Assembly: GCA_913041535.1 (NCBI GenBank)
Contig: CAJWJK010000002.1
Span: forward strand, 138,793-202,792
Reading direction: 5' to 3'
From: an uncultured Alphaproteobacteria bacterium
Lineage (GTDB): Bacteria; Pseudomonadota; Alphaproteobacteria; VGEJ01
DNA length: 64,000 nucleotides
The translations under genes were made by a program, and so were the position numbers. Shown one piece after another: positions 22,000 to 32,132 of the stretch. A model generated the notes under the pieces. The model had not been told where the DNA came from. It made no database searches and saw only the letters and a program-made list of their open reading frames with translations. Every line of letters starts with the position of its first letter. The stretch's first letter is position 1.

Positions 22000-23271
22000 T
22001 TGGCAATGGCGGTACAGATAGAGAGATTACCGAGCGGGCTTTGCGTTGTGAGCGACAGTATGCCCCATCTAGAAACGGCAAGTATCGGATGTTGGGTTAA
22101 TGCTGGTGCACGTTATGAATCAATACAGGATAATGGTATTTCTCATGTGCTTGAGCATATGGCTTTTAAAGGCACGGAGCTTCGTTCTTCGCGGGCGATA
22201 GCTGAAGAAGTTGAGGCAGTGGGGGGGTATTTAAACGCCTACACTTCAGCTGAACATACTGCATACTTTGCACGCGTTCTACGGAATGATATTTCTTTGG
22301 CGGTTGATCTATTGGCAGATATTCTTCAGTTCTCAACGTTTAACGAAGGAGAGCTTGCTCGTGAACGGCAAGTCATCTTGCAAGAAATTGCACAGACACG
22401 AGACACACCTGACGATATCATATTTGATCATTTTCAGAGCACCGCGTATCCCAACCAAGCTTTGGGAAGGTCAATACTTGGAACCGTAGAGAATGTACAG
22501 GGGTTTTGCTCTGGTCAGTTGAGGAGCTACATGGAGAAATATTATCACGGTGACCGCATGGTCTTGTGTGGCGCTGGGGCCGTCGATCATGATGTTTTCG
22601 TTCGACTTGTAGACGATGCTTTCCACCGAATTCCTGGGTGCGTTGATGAGACGCCAGAACCGGCTCTCTACCATGGTGGTGCCTATCGGGAGCATAGAGA
22701 TCTGGAACAGTTACATTTATTGATTGGCTTTGAAGGTGTTGGGTACCATGATCCAGATTATTACGCAGCTCAGGTTTACTCGACCATTCTTGGCGGAGGA
22801 ATGTCATCACGTCTTTTCCAGGAGGTTCGGGAAAAGCGGGGTCTTGCATATTCAGTTTATACGTTTGGCAACTCATATACCGATAGTGGCGTTTTTGGCA
22901 TATATGCTGCGACCGATCCTAATGAAGTTTCCACATTAGTTCCAGTTGTTTGCGAGGAAATTTGCAAGCTTTCGGATCTAGTGAGAGAAGAAGAAGTATT
23001 GCGAGCTCATAATCAGCTTAAGGCTGGGCTTATGATGTCTTTGGAGAGTTCAATGTCGCGCTGTGAGCAGCTGGGCCGACAGCTGCTAATTTATGGCCGT
23101 GTTCTGGATACCGAAGAGCTTCTGAAAAACATTGATAGTGTTGATTGTACTTCAGTGATTCGGGTCGGAAATAAGATAACATCTGCTTCTCCGGTACTGG
23201 CTGCTTTGGGGCCGATTGAAAAACTTGAGACTTACGATCAAGTTCAGGAAAGATTACCCGTAGAACTATAA
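22000..23271 (+). CDS. M16 family zinc peptidase (insulinase/pitrilysin-like)
   Basis: 423 aa. GISHVLEHMAFKGT is the inverted HxxEH zinc motif. Downstream E...E residues are present. Confidence 0.8.
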   Translation: MAMAVQIERLPSGLCVVSDSMPHLETASIGCWVNAGARYESIQDNGISHVLEHMAFKGTELRSSRAIAEEVEAVGGYLNAYTSAEHTAYFARVLRNDISLAVDLLADILQFSTFNEGELARERQVILQEIAQTRDTPDDIIFDHFQSTAYPNQALGRSILGTVENVQGFCSGQLRSYMEKYYHGDRMVLCGAGAVDHDVFVRLVDDAFHRIPGCVDETPEPALYHGGAYREHRDLEQLHLLIGFEGVGYHDPDYYAAQVYSTILGGGMSSRLFQEVREKRGLAYSVYTFGNSYTDSGVFGIYAATDPNEVSTLVPVVCEEICKLSDLVREEEVLRAHNQLKAGLMMSLESSMSRCEQLGRQLLIYGRVLDTEELLKNIDSVDCTSVIRVGNKITSASPVLAALGPIEKLETYDQVQERLPVEL

Positions 23272-23274
23272 GGC

Positions 23275-23883
23275 ATGATCTCTTTTATTCGTAGTAAGTC
23301 ACCAATGTGGACAAATTATCCCCTTGATGGGGAGACAACATTGGTACGCCCACCGCGAGACGAAGACTGGTCATCGTGGGCTAAGTTGCGAACTGAATCT
23401 CGAGAATTTTTAGTTCCTTGGGAGCCAACTTGGTCACCCGATTCCTTGAGTCGAGCAGCCTTTCGACGACGGATACGTCGATATTGCAACGATGCCCGTG
23501 ATGGTAAAGGCTATGCATTTTTCATTTTCTCAAAAAAAGAAAAATCCATAGTTGGGGGAATTACATTAAGCAATATTCGGGTTGGGGTGGCCCTATCATG
23601 CGCATTAGGGTACTGGATGGGCGAGCCATATGCGCGAAAAGGCTACATGACTGATGCAATCCGTACAATTTTACCATTTGTTTTCGATGATTTAAAACTT
23701 CATAGGATTGAGGCGGCCTGTATACCCAATAATCTTGCTAGCAAACGGTTGCTTCAACGTTGCGGATTCACCGAGGAAGGCCTGGTTCGACAATATTTGC
23801 GCATCAACGGTATTTGGCATGATCACTTGCTATTTTCTCTTCTTGACTCAGATGAGCGGTCGTTCACTACAGCAGCACCTTAA
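23275..23883 (+). CDS. GNAT family N-acetyltransferase (RimJ/RimL-like)
   Basis: 202 aa. GYWMGEPYARKGYMTDAIRTIL is the GNAT motif A (R/Q-x-x-G-x-G/A). Confidence 0.7.
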   Translation: MISFIRSKSPMWTNYPLDGETTLVRPPRDEDWSSWAKLRTESREFLVPWEPTWSPDSLSRAAFRRRIRRYCNDARDGKGYAFFIFSKKEKSIVGGITLSNIRVGVALSCALGYWMGEPYARKGYMTDAIRTILPFVFDDLKLHRIEAACIPNNLASKRLLQRCGFTEEGLVRQYLRINGIWHDHLLFSLLDSDERSFTTAAP

Positions 23884-23922
23884 GGTTCTCTTCCCCTTCT
23901 GAGCTCAATCAAAAACATTAGC

Positions 23923-24492
23923 TCACGCGTTACCAGCTTCGACAGAAAGCATAGACACATCAAACCCAATCTTTGACAGCGCTCGGTCCCATTTTGAATC
24001 AAGGTGATGGTCGAATAGTAGTTGGTCGTCGGCGGGCACGTGAAGCCATCCGTTAGATCTAATCTCTTGTTCCAATTGGCCAGGCCCCCAGCCGGCATAC
24101 CCCAGTGCTAGAAGACCATTTTGAGGGCCGGATCCAGTGGCTAGTTTGCGCAAGATATCTAAAGAGGCAGTCAGAGCAACATTCTCGCTAACCATGATTG
24201 TCGCTTCTTGAGTGTAATCAGCTGAGTGGAGTACCAGTCCACGACTTGTTTCGACTGGACCTCCTACGTGTACCCGAATGGAGGCTCCGTCGTCACTTGT
24301 TTCAATGCCCAACTGATTGAGGAGTTCCACAAAGCTTACATTGTCTGCTAATCGATTGATTACAACGCCCATCGCACCCGATGTGGTATGGACACATATA
24401 TATATAACTGCGCGCTCAAATCGTGGGTCTTTCATAGACGGCATTGCAATTAATAGTTGTCCCTCGAGGCAACTTTCACCATTCATGACCAT
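23923..24492 (-). CDS. YqgE/AlgH family protein (UPF0301)
   Basis: 189 aa. LLIAMPSMKDPRFERAVIYICVHTTSGAMGVVINR is diagnostic of YqgE/AlgH. Confidence 0.8.
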   Translation of the reverse strand: MVMNGESCLEGQLLIAMPSMKDPRFERAVIYICVHTTSGAMGVVINRLADNVSFVELLNQLGIETSDDGASIRVHVGGPVETSRGLVLHSADYTQEATIMVSENVALTASLDILRKLATGSGPQNGLLALGYAGWGPGQLEQEIRSNGWLHVPADDQLLFDHHLDSKWDRALSKIGFDVSMLSVEAGNA

Positions 24493-24655
24493 GCTAATTC
24501 AGACTCCTCTAATCGGGCACATAAGAGTTTACTTGTAGAGTAACACCTCTTCCTAGCAGGTGTTTAGGTCCTATGTTTGAGACATTTCGCATGTTCATGT
24601 TTATATGGCTTTCATGACTCAAAAAATTTTCGTGTCACTAATGGATCTTGCATCC

Positions 24656-25030
24656 CTATTTGCAGCGTAGGTCAAGAGATGCAATTGATCCTCCCGTATC
24701 ATCCATCTCTTGATTCTTCAGAACATACCCCAAAGATGCTTTTAGCCCTGGTTCATCAAATATTTCCAACCAGTCGACACTTGGGCCCGCGCTTATGCTG
24801 TTAATTCGGTCGGTCCAGGATTCGCCACCCACATCTTCAAGATTGTGAAGTTTAGAGAAATCACATATGCGATCATGATCTCCACCGAAGGAGGTTTCGC
24901 TGAAGATATCTATGTAACATCCTTCGCGCTCAGAAACACAAGTGTCCCCAGAATCATGATTGGCCAATGCCAAAGATGCACAGAGGGAAAGAATGAAGGC
25001 GTTGGCCAAAGTTTGCAGGCTATGTTTCAT
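24656..25030 (-). CDS. Secreted beta/gamma-crystallin-like single-domain protein
   Basis: It has a signal peptide (LSLCASLALA). Greek-key signatures are FSETSFGG (Y/F-x4-Y/F-x-G) followed by TDRINSI (the NDxxSS-like Ser motif). Confidence 0.4.
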   Translation of the reverse strand: MKHSLQTLANAFILSLCASLALANHDSGDTCVSEREGCYIDIFSETSFGGDHDRICDFSKLHNLEDVGGESWTDRINSISAGPSVDWLEIFDEPGLKASLGYVLKNQEMDDTGGSIASLDLRCK

Positions 25031-25199
25031 GTTGCTATCACTCCGTTAGTGTTTGGTATGCTTAACCCAACTTTAGCATGCTGTTCGCCAAGTCCAAGGG
25101 CCCTATCAGATTGATTGCCTCATTTTCTTTTAAAAAGCTTATTTGACTTGGCGGGAGTCGTCAGTATGATCCGACCATCGGGCGGCATCGTCTGCTCGA

Positions 25200-25412
25200 C
25201 CATACAGATGAACCTTGTGGAAGAGACTGTGGCGCAGCAGCGGCTACAGCGCCGAAGGAGCAACCGCCTCGGAAACTCTCAGGCTAAAGGACCGCAAGGG
25301 GATGAAACTCTGGAAAGCAGGGGTATCTCGGTACTCCTCACCGACGGGGTAAACCGGGCAAGGCTTGCGTGGCCTTTACGGCGACTCTCTCAGGTTGTTA
25401 GGACAGAGGGGG
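25200..25412 (+). promoter_or_regulatory. Tandem glycine riboswitch (two aptamers) in the gcvTHP leader
   Basis: Aptamer 1 reads GGAAGAG...CGCCGAAGGAGCAA...CTCTCAGGCtAAAGGAC. Aptamer 2 reads CTCTGGAAAG...CACCGACGGGGtAAA...CTCTCTCAGG...AGGACAGAG. Both match the conserved glycine-riboswitch cores ACCGAAGG(A/G)GCAA and CUCUCAGGCAAAAGGACAG. Confidence 0.75.
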
Positions 25413-25447
25413 CGACTGCCTTTTTTTATTGGCAGTTTGTTTGTCCC
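25413..25447 (+). terminator. Expression-platform hairpin with a U-rich tail (likely an intrinsic terminator controlled by the riboswitch)
   Basis: GGCGACTGCC-tttttttatt-GGCAGT is followed by TTGTTTGT, directly 3' of aptamer 2. Confidence 0.4.
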
Positions 25448-25466
25448 TTTGTGCCATGGAGGCAGC

Positions 25467-26582
25467 TTGAGTTTGTCAATAGGCGAAGATAGCAAAAAAA
25501 CCCCTCTATATGATTTGCACGTCGAACTCGGTGCTAAAATGGTGCCATTTGGCGGGTATCATATGCCATTAAACTATCCACTCGGTGTACTTGGGGAACA
25601 TAAGCACACTCGTGTTGAGGCAGGTCTGTTTGATGTTTCGCACATGGGGCAAGTTCGGATATCAGGAGAAGATGCTGATTCAGCACTAGAGATGCTGGTT
25701 CCTGCAGATATTAAAGGACTCCGTCTTAACAATCTTCGTTACACCGTATTTACTAACGTTTCTGGCGGTGTTTTGGATGACTTGATAGTAACTCGGCGGG
25801 AGAAGCATCTAGATTTGGTAGTTAACGCTTCACGGCAGGAAGTGGACCTATGCCATTTAAAGGAACAGTTGAGTCCGTCCTGTACAGTAAAGAGAATGTG
25901 TGACCATGCTCTAATTGCTCTGCAAGGGCCCTCTGCAGCCACGGTTCTAGCTCGTCATATTCCTAAGGTGGAAAAATTACGGTTCATGAGTTCAATCACG
26001 CTAGATAGTGGTGCCATGTCAGGAATTAGTGTCTCAAGGTCAGGATACACGGGAGAGGATGGGTTTGAAATTTCGCTGCCGTCTGTCAACGCCGAGGCGA
26101 TGTGGACGGCTCTCCTCAGTGAGCCAGAGGTTACAGCTGTTGGGTTGGCTGCTCGAGACTCTCTTCGGCTTGAGGCGGGATTGTGTCTCTATGGACATGA
26201 ACTGAACGAGGGCACTACACCCGTTGAGGCAAATCTATCGTGGACTATGGGTAAAAGGAGGCGGATAGAGGGTGGATTTATTGGGGACACCACCATTCTT
26301 GCACAGTTAAAAGAAGGGCCCGGGCGGGTACTAGTCGGAATTCGACCTCTGGACCGTGCTCCGGCACGTGAGGGCGCAGAGATTCATGACGACAACGGAG
26401 ATCCAATAGGGTTGGTGACTAGTGGCGGTTATGGCCCGTCAGTCGGAGGGCCAATCGCTATGGGTTATGTCGAAACAAAAAATAGCGCGGTGCAGACATC
26501 GTTTGCCCTTAAGGTGCGAGAGCGGTGGTTGGCAGCAAAAGTTGTTGAGCTGCCGTTTGTGCCGCATCGATATTGTAAGTGA
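25467..26582 (+). CDS. gcvT: Glycine cleavage system T protein (aminomethyltransferase)
   Basis: Conserved KKTPLYDLH...GGYHMPLNY...FDVSHMGQ motifs. The ORF-track start (TTG at 25365) lies inside the riboswitch aptamer. A TTG at 25467 or 25473, downstream of GGAGG, is more plausible. Confidence 0.88.
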   Translation: MSLSIGEDSKKTPLYDLHVELGAKMVPFGGYHMPLNYPLGVLGEHKHTRVEAGLFDVSHMGQVRISGEDADSALEMLVPADIKGLRLNNLRYTVFTNVSGGVLDDLIVTRREKHLDLVVNASRQEVDLCHLKEQLSPSCTVKRMCDHALIALQGPSAATVLARHIPKVEKLRFMSSITLDSGAMSGISVSRSGYTGEDGFEISLPSVNAEAMWTALLSEPEVTAVGLAARDSLRLEAGLCLYGHELNEGTTPVEANLSWTMGKRRRIEGGFIGDTTILAQLKEGPGRVLVGIRPLDRAPAREGAEIHDDNGDPIGLVTSGGYGPSVGGPIAMGYVETKNSAVQTSFALKVRERWLAAKVVELPFVPHRYCK

Positions 26583-26603
26583 TCCATGTAGCGGGAGTAG
26601 GTT

Positions 26604-26981
26604 ATGAGCCAAATTAAGCATACCAAAGAGCACGAATGGATTGATGTTGATGACGACATCGGTACTGTTGGGATTACTGACTATGCTCAAGAGCAATTAG
26701 GAGACGTGGTCTACGTCGAGTTGCCAGAGGTTGGAGCAATAATCGAACAAGGTGCGGTGGCTGCGGTTGTGGAATCCGTAAAAGCAGCTAGTGAAGTTTA
26801 CGCACCGGTAAGTGGTGAGGTTGTTGAAGTTAATAGTGGGTTAGAAGATAACCCAGCTCTCGTAAATGAAAGTGCAATGAATGATGGGTGGTTCATCAAA
26901 GTCAGGGTTATTGAAGCGACCCAACTTGACGGACTCTTAGACTCAGTTGCGTACCAAAAACTAGTTGATGATGCGGACTGA
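26604..26981 (+). CDS. gcvH: Glycine cleavage system H protein (lipoyl carrier)
   Basis: 125 aa. ESVKAASEVYAPVSGEVVEVN contains the lipoyl-lysine motif. Confidence 0.92.
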   Translation: MSQIKHTKEHEWIDVDDDIGTVGITDYAQEQLGDVVYVELPEVGAIIEQGAVAAVVESVKAASEVYAPVSGEVVEVNSGLEDNPALVNESAMNDGWFIKVRVIEATQLDGLLDSVAYQKLVDDAD

Positions 26982-27010
26982 AGAATCGGGTTTTGTTTAA
27001 CGGTGGATAA

Positions 27011-29914
27011 ATGCATATGAGCACGACTACATCTGATCTTAGTACACTAGACCAGGCTGACGATTTTTCGACTCGCCATATTGGGCCGACAGAAACTGAA
27101 ATTATGGAGATGCTTGAAGTGCTTGGCCTAAGTTCTCTTGATGCGATGGTTGATAGAGCAATCCCGGATTCTATTCGAACGAGAGAGCCGCTTGGATTGG
27201 ACAGTGGCCGCTCAGAATCCGAGGTGCTTGGAGCACTTTCGGAAATTGCATCAGAGAATAAGCTTATGCGATCTTTGATAGGGCTTGGGTACTATGGCTG
27301 TATAACTCCCAGCGTGGTGTTGCGCAACGTCATGGAGAATCCTGGTTGGTATACAGCTTATACCCCATACCAACCTGAAATCTCTCAAGGTCGCCTCGAG
27401 GCGTTGCTAAACTTTCAAACCATGGTTACTGACCTCACAGCTATGGAGATAGCAAATTCCTCTCTGTTGGATGAAGCAACTGCGGCAGCAGAGGCGATGA
27501 GTATGTGTTACCAGGTGAGTCGCAATAAGAGTAAGTCCTTCTTCGTTTCGGAAGATTGTTTTCCACAGACTATTGAGGTTTTAAGGACGAGGGCACGCCC
27601 TCTTGGTATTGATGTTATAGTTGGAAATATCCAAAATGATCTTGGCGCTCAGCCATTATTTGGTGGGCTCCTCCAGTATCCAACGAGAACAGGTGATATT
27701 GGGGCGCCAGCAGTTGACATTGAATTAATTCATGCGAATGGTGGGTTGGCCGTAGTAGCAAGCGACCTTCTAGCTCTTACATTAGTCACGCCCCCTGGAG
27801 AAATTGGTGCTGATGTGGCTGTGGGCTCAACGCAGCGGTTTGGTGTCCCGCTAGGTTTTGGCGGCCCTCATGCTGCTTTCTTTGCTACGTTGGAAAAATT
27901 CAAGAGGACTATGCCAGGTCGTATAGTCGGCCAGTCCATTGACAGGCGCGGCCGCACATCGTGTCGTTTAGCACTTCAGACTCGCGAGCAGCATATACGA
28001 CGCGAAAAGGCTACGAGCAATATTTGCACGGCGCAGGTTTTGCTTGCTGTGATGGCTGGTATGTACGCAGTTTACCATGGCCCTAAGCGTTTAAGTACTA
28101 TTGCACAACGTGTTCACCGCCTTACCTGTATTTTTGCTGAGGGTCTACGTCGCCAGGGGGGGGACGTCATCAATAAGACGTTCTTTGATACAGTGACAGT
28201 TAATGTTCTAGGGAAAGCTGAGATTGTGTGTCAGCGGGCCCGTGAGGCCGGCTTTAACTTGCGCCAAGATGAAGGGGATACGGTTGGGGTGTCTTTTGAT
28301 GAGACTGTGCGCCCAAAGGATCTAGTAAGTCTTTGGAGGGTATTTTCGGAACATTCTGTTGAGCTTCCATCGGTTTCGGAACTGGATACACTAAGGCTGG
28401 ATGGGTTTCCGAAAACAATGCAGAGAAAGACTTCGTTTCTTTCACATCCCATTTTTAACAGCTACCACTCAGAAACGGAGATGATGCGTTACCTGAGGAG
28501 GTTACAAGAGAAAGATATTGCACTTGATAGATCAATGATTCCTCTGGGGTCATGCACGATGAAGCTAAACGCGGCAACTGAGATGATTCCAATTACCTGG
28601 CCACAGTTTTCGTTAGTGCATCCGTTCTCGCCAAGGGATCAGGTTAAAGGGTATCAGAGGTTGGCTGATAGTCTTGAAAATATGCTCAAACGTATTACGG
28701 GGTTTGATGCAGTGAGCTTACAGCCAAACGCTGGCTCTCAGGGAGAGTATGCGGGCTTATTGGCAATAAGGGCTTATCATGAGAGTCGTGGAGAATCCCA
28801 ACGTAGGGTATGTTTAATACCCAGTTCAGCACACGGTACGAATCCCGCAAGTGCTGTGATGGCCGGTTGTACTGTTTCTGTGGTGAAATGTGACGACCAG
28901 GGCAATATTGATGTTGATGATCTTAGGTCACAAGCTGAGAGACACCAAAATGAGCTTGCAGCATTGATGGTGACCTATCCCTCAACTCATGGAGTATTTG
29001 AGGAAACAATAGGTGATGTTTGCAGTATTGTTCACAAGCATGGGGGGCAGGTCTACATGGATGGAGCTAATCTCAATGCGCTCGTGGGAGTATGTTTGCC
29101 TGCGGCTTTTGGCCCTGATGTGATGCATATCAATTTGCATAAGACATTCTGTATACCACATGGAGGTGGGGGGCCAGGAGTAGGACCAATAGGCGTCAAA
29201 GGACACCTAATACCATTCTTGCCAGGCCATCCCCTATGTGACAAGGGTCGCGAAGAAGGTGGTGTGGGGCCGATTGCTGCTGCGCCTTTGGGTAGCGCTG
29301 GGATATTACCAATTTCATGGGCATATATTTCTCTTATGGGCGAAGTAGGTGTGCGCCGAGCAACCGAGGTTGCTATTCTTAGCGCAAACTACATTGCTCA
29401 GCGTCTTTCTGAGCATTATCCCGTGCTATACACAGGGCCAAACGGACTTGTAGCGCACGAATGTATTATTGATGTTCGGCCGTTGCAGGAAGTGGCTGGG
29501 ATAACTGTTGAAGACATTGCTAAGAGACTCATGGATTATGGTTTTCATGCCCCCACTATGTCATGGCCTGTCGCTGGAACTTTGATGATTGAACCGACAG
29601 AAAGTGAATCAAAGAGAGAATTAGATAGATTCTGTGATGCAATGACTTCTATACGTATTGAAGTCGGGAGGATTGAGAAAGGCGAGTGGGATAAAGAGGA
29701 TAATCCACTCAAAAATGCGCCGCATAGCATTGATGATGTTTTAGACAGTGTATGGGCGCATTGTTATACCCGTGAAGATGCGGCATTTCCACTAGATCAC
29801 CTAAGGAAGGAGAAGTATTGGCCACCAGTGAGTCGCATTGACCAGGCCCATGGTGATCGGCACCTTGTCTGTGTATGCCCACCCTTAGATTCGTATCAAG
29901 ACGCAGCTGAATAA
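27011..29914 (+). CDS. gcvP: Glycine dehydrogenase (decarboxylating), single-chain P protein
   Basis: 967 aa covering both alpha and beta halves. The PLP-Lys region reads [22 protein letters not shown]. Confidence 0.95.
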   Translation: MHMSTTTSDLSTLDQADDFSTRHIGPTETEIMEMLEVLGLSSLDAMVDRAIPDSIRTREPLGLDSGRSESEVLGALSEIASENKLMRSLIGLGYYGCITPSVVLRNVMENPGWYTAYTPYQPEISQGRLEALLNFQTMVTDLTAMEIANSSLLDEATAAAEAMSMCYQVSRNKSKSFFVSEDCFPQTIEVLRTRARPLGIDVIVGNIQNDLGAQPLFGGLLQYPTRTGDIGAPAVDIELIHANGGLAVVASDLLALTLVTPPGEIGADVAVGSTQRFGVPLGFGGPHAAFFATLEKFKRTMPGRIVGQSIDRRGRTSCRLALQTREQHIRREKATSNICTAQVLLAVMAGMYAVYHGPKRLSTIAQRVHRLTCIFAEGLRRQGGDVINKTFFDTVTVNVLGKAEIVCQRAREAGFNLRQDEGDTVGVSFDETVRPKDLVSLWRVFSEHSVELPSVSELDTLRLDGFPKTMQRKTSFLSHPIFNSYHSETEMMRYLRRLQEKDIALDRSMIPLGSCTMKLNAATEMIPITWPQFSLVHPFSPRDQVKGYQRLADSLENMLKRITGFDAVSLQPNAGSQGEYAGLLAIRAYHESRGESQRRVCLIPSSAHGTNPASAVMAGCTVSVVKCDDQGNIDVDDLRSQAERHQNELAALMVTYPSTHGVFEETIGDVCSIVHKHGGQVYMDGANLNALVGVCLPAAFGPDVMHINLHKTFCIPHGGGGPGVGPIGVKGHLIPFLPGHPLCDKGREEGGVGPIAAAPLGSAGILPISWAYISLMGEVGVRRATEVAILSANYIAQRLSEHYPVLYTGPNGLVAHECIIDVRPLQEVAGITVEDIAKRLMDYGFHAPTMSWPVAGTLMIEPTESESKRELDRFCDAMTSIRIEVGRIEKGEWDKEDNPLKNAPHSIDDVLDSVWAHCYTREDAAFPLDHLRKEKYWPPVSRIDQAHGDRHLVCVCPPLDSYQDAAE

Positions 29915-30055
29915 ACTCAATCTGTGCGGATAAGCTGAGGAATAGGAAATCCTTTCGGTTTGGCTGGAGCATTGAGACATCACGTACTCTGACTCGACCC
30001 CTTCCGCTGGTTTAGCCTATCATTGCGGACTAATTAATTTTGAGGGAGTCCTGAA

Positions 30056-30397
30056 ATGTCGGGAAACGTTGGCAGTGGAACGAATCCAGTATCTGAGATA
30101 TTTGTAGATGGGGTTGGTGGTATCGTGTTTACGAAAGGCACAGTGCGTTTAGAGCTTGTGTGCGCCTCACCTTTTGATTCTCCAACTCCGGAGAAGGGTG
30201 AGCCACCTATGGTTCCCCGACAGAGACTTGTCTTGCCTTTAGAGGGTTTTCTGCGTTCATTTGGTGTGATGCAAAATCTGGTAAATAAACTTGCGCAAGA
30301 AGGTATTGTTAAGCGAACTGATAGAGGGGCTTCCGAACTGAGCTCCGTGGTAACGCCAACTTCAGCTATACCAGGGGAATCATCAAACGAACAGTAG
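30056..30397 (+). CDS. Hypothetical protein
   Basis: 113-aa ORF immediately upstream of ispE with no recognisable motif. It is called only on ORF length and its compact spacing. Confidence 0.3.
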   Translation: MSGNVGSGTNPVSEIFVDGVGGIVFTKGTVRLELVCASPFDSPTPEKGEPPMVPRQRLVLPLEGFLRSFGVMQNLVNKLAQEGIVKRTDRGASELSSVVTPTSAIPGESSNEQ

Positions 30398-30405
30398 TTA
30401 TGTGA

Positions 30406-31284
30406 ATGCCACGTTTGATGTTGACTTTACATAAATTTGCGGCGGCCAAGCTCAACTTGTACTTGCACGTGGTTGGTCGAAACCACGATGGCTACCATGA
30501 AATTGACAGTTTGGTGGTCTGGCTAGATGTGGGCGATAAACTTACTTTTTCGCTCGCAGATGATCTAAAGCTAGAGGTTAGCGGACCGTTTGCAAACGAA
30601 GTAGGCCCCAAAGAAGATAATCTAGTAGTACAGGCTGCAGAATACCTTCGTAAGTCCTGTTCAATAAGATTAGGAGCAAAGATTCATCTTGATAAGCAAT
30701 TGCCCGTAGGTGCAGGTATGGGTGGGGGCTCTTCCGATGCAGCAGCTGCGCTTCGGGCTCTCATGGAGCTATGGAAATGCGATCCAGGGGAGTTAAACAT
30801 GGATGCTCTTGTACGCTCGCTCGGTGCCGATGTGCCAGCTTGTATGATTGGTGCTCCGGCGCTAGTGAGTGGTGTGGGAGAAAGAGTCGTCCGATTACCA
30901 GAGTTGCCTATAATGCATGTTGTATTAGTTTGGCCAGGTGTCAAACTGGCAACATCGAGGGTGTTTGCTGCGCACCAAGTTAAGGACTCAAATAAACCAC
31001 TACGAATCAGTGACCTAGAGAGACGTGACAATTATCTAAAAGCACTATTGGATCGCAGCAATAATCTGCAAATTACTGCTCAGGGGCTATGTTCCGAAAT
31101 TGGCAAGGCATTGCAACTTCTAGCTTCTACAAAAGGTTGTGTTTTATCACGCATGAGCGGGAGCGGCTCAGCCTGTTTTGGTCTTTTTGAAACCAAGGAA
31201 GAGGCTCAAGGTGCAGCACTTTATATTTTGAAAAAGCGTCCTAGTTGGTGGGTAAGGGCTACACGACTTCGGAGTGAGACTTGA
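30406..31284 (+). CDS. ispE: 4-diphosphocytidyl-2-C-methyl-D-erythritol kinase
   Basis: AKLNLYLHVVGRNHDGYHEI is the N-terminal motif. PVGAGMGGGSSDAAAAL is the GHMP kinase ATP-binding motif. Confidence 0.9.
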   Translation: MPRLMLTLHKFAAAKLNLYLHVVGRNHDGYHEIDSLVVWLDVGDKLTFSLADDLKLEVSGPFANEVGPKEDNLVVQAAEYLRKSCSIRLGAKIHLDKQLPVGAGMGGGSSDAAAALRALMELWKCDPGELNMDALVRSLGADVPACMIGAPALVSGVGERVVRLPELPIMHVVLVWPGVKLATSRVFAAHQVKDSNKPLRISDLERRDNYLKALLDRSNNLQITAQGLCSEIGKALQLLASTKGCVLSRMSGSGSACFGLFETKEEAQGAALYILKKRPSWWVRATRLRSET

Positions 31285-32114
31285 TGGTGATTAAGGCACT
31301 CAGTACCGTACAATCGGTTAAATCGTTGCAAACAGTATCAGTGGTTCTTGGGCTGTTCCTATGTCTCTCTACACTATTGGGCTGTGGGCTGTCTGGAGAA
31401 CGTGGCGCGGATCTTGAACGTACGTTTGACCATGCAGTTATTGCCATACCAGCCACACGTTACACCGGTGTTGTGGTTGGAACTATCAAAGATTTTTCTG
31501 CTCTCAATGCAGAGGCACGTAAGTACCCTATAGTACTCTACATTCACGGTTGTACCGGAATCGGCAACTACACGTTCATTAGGGCCCTTGCTAGGAACGG
31601 ATATGTGGTGATTGCTCCGAATAGCATGGCGCGTCGTTTTCGTCCGTTACAGTGTAATCCTCGGACCAATACTGGTGGCCATAATCTCTTTGTGTATGAC
31701 TTTCGTCGTGCAGAAATCACATATGCTCTACACAGAATGCGTCAGTATGACTGGGTGAATTGGCAGGAATTGTTTTTGGTAGGTACCAGTGAAGGAGGCG
31801 TGGCGGCTGCCTTATATCGTGGAGATGAATTTCGTGCGCGAGTGATTACTCAATGGACGTGTGTCGGAGCTCCTCTCGTGCGGGGTATTGGCGCTCCGCC
31901 GGAGACACCAATGCTTGCAATCGTTCAAGGAGAAGACCCATGGTATGACCCCGCCCGTACTACAGGACAACGAGGGGATTGCGGACTATTTATGGCTGGG
32001 CGTCCGGGGTCAAGGTCGATCATACTAAATGATGGCTCAGGTCATGATGTGTTTAAAAGCCCCGATGTTGTGCAGGAAATTCTGAGGTTTCTAGAGATAA
32101 ATCGGATGGGCTAG
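31281..32114 (+). CDS. Lipoprotein with an alpha/beta-hydrolase (dienelactone hydrolase-like) fold
   Basis: It has a signal peptide with a lipobox (LLGCG). GTSEGG is a nucleophile-elbow GxSxG motif. LYIHGCTG follows an oxyanion-like region. Its ATGA overlaps the ispE stop. Confidence 0.5.
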   Translation: MMVIKALSTVQSVKSLQTVSVVLGLFLCLSTLLGCGLSGERGADLERTFDHAVIAIPATRYTGVVVGTIKDFSALNAEARKYPIVLYIHGCTGIGNYTFIRALARNGYVVIAPNSMARRFRPLQCNPRTNTGGHNLFVYDFRRAEITYALHRMRQYDWVNWQELFLVGTSEGGVAAALYRGDEFRARVITQWTCVGAPLVRGIGAPPETPMLAIVQGEDPWYDPARTTGQRGDCGLFMAGRPGSRSIILNDGSGHDVFKSPDVVQEILRFLEINRMG

Positions 32115-32132
32115 GCTTTGTTCTCTCAAAGG

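Noticed and set aside
25365-25466. ORF-track start of gcvT at the TTG at 25365
   Set aside because: It lies inside the second glycine-riboswitch aptamer and upstream of the terminator hairpin. The conserved GcvT N-terminus begins around 25494.
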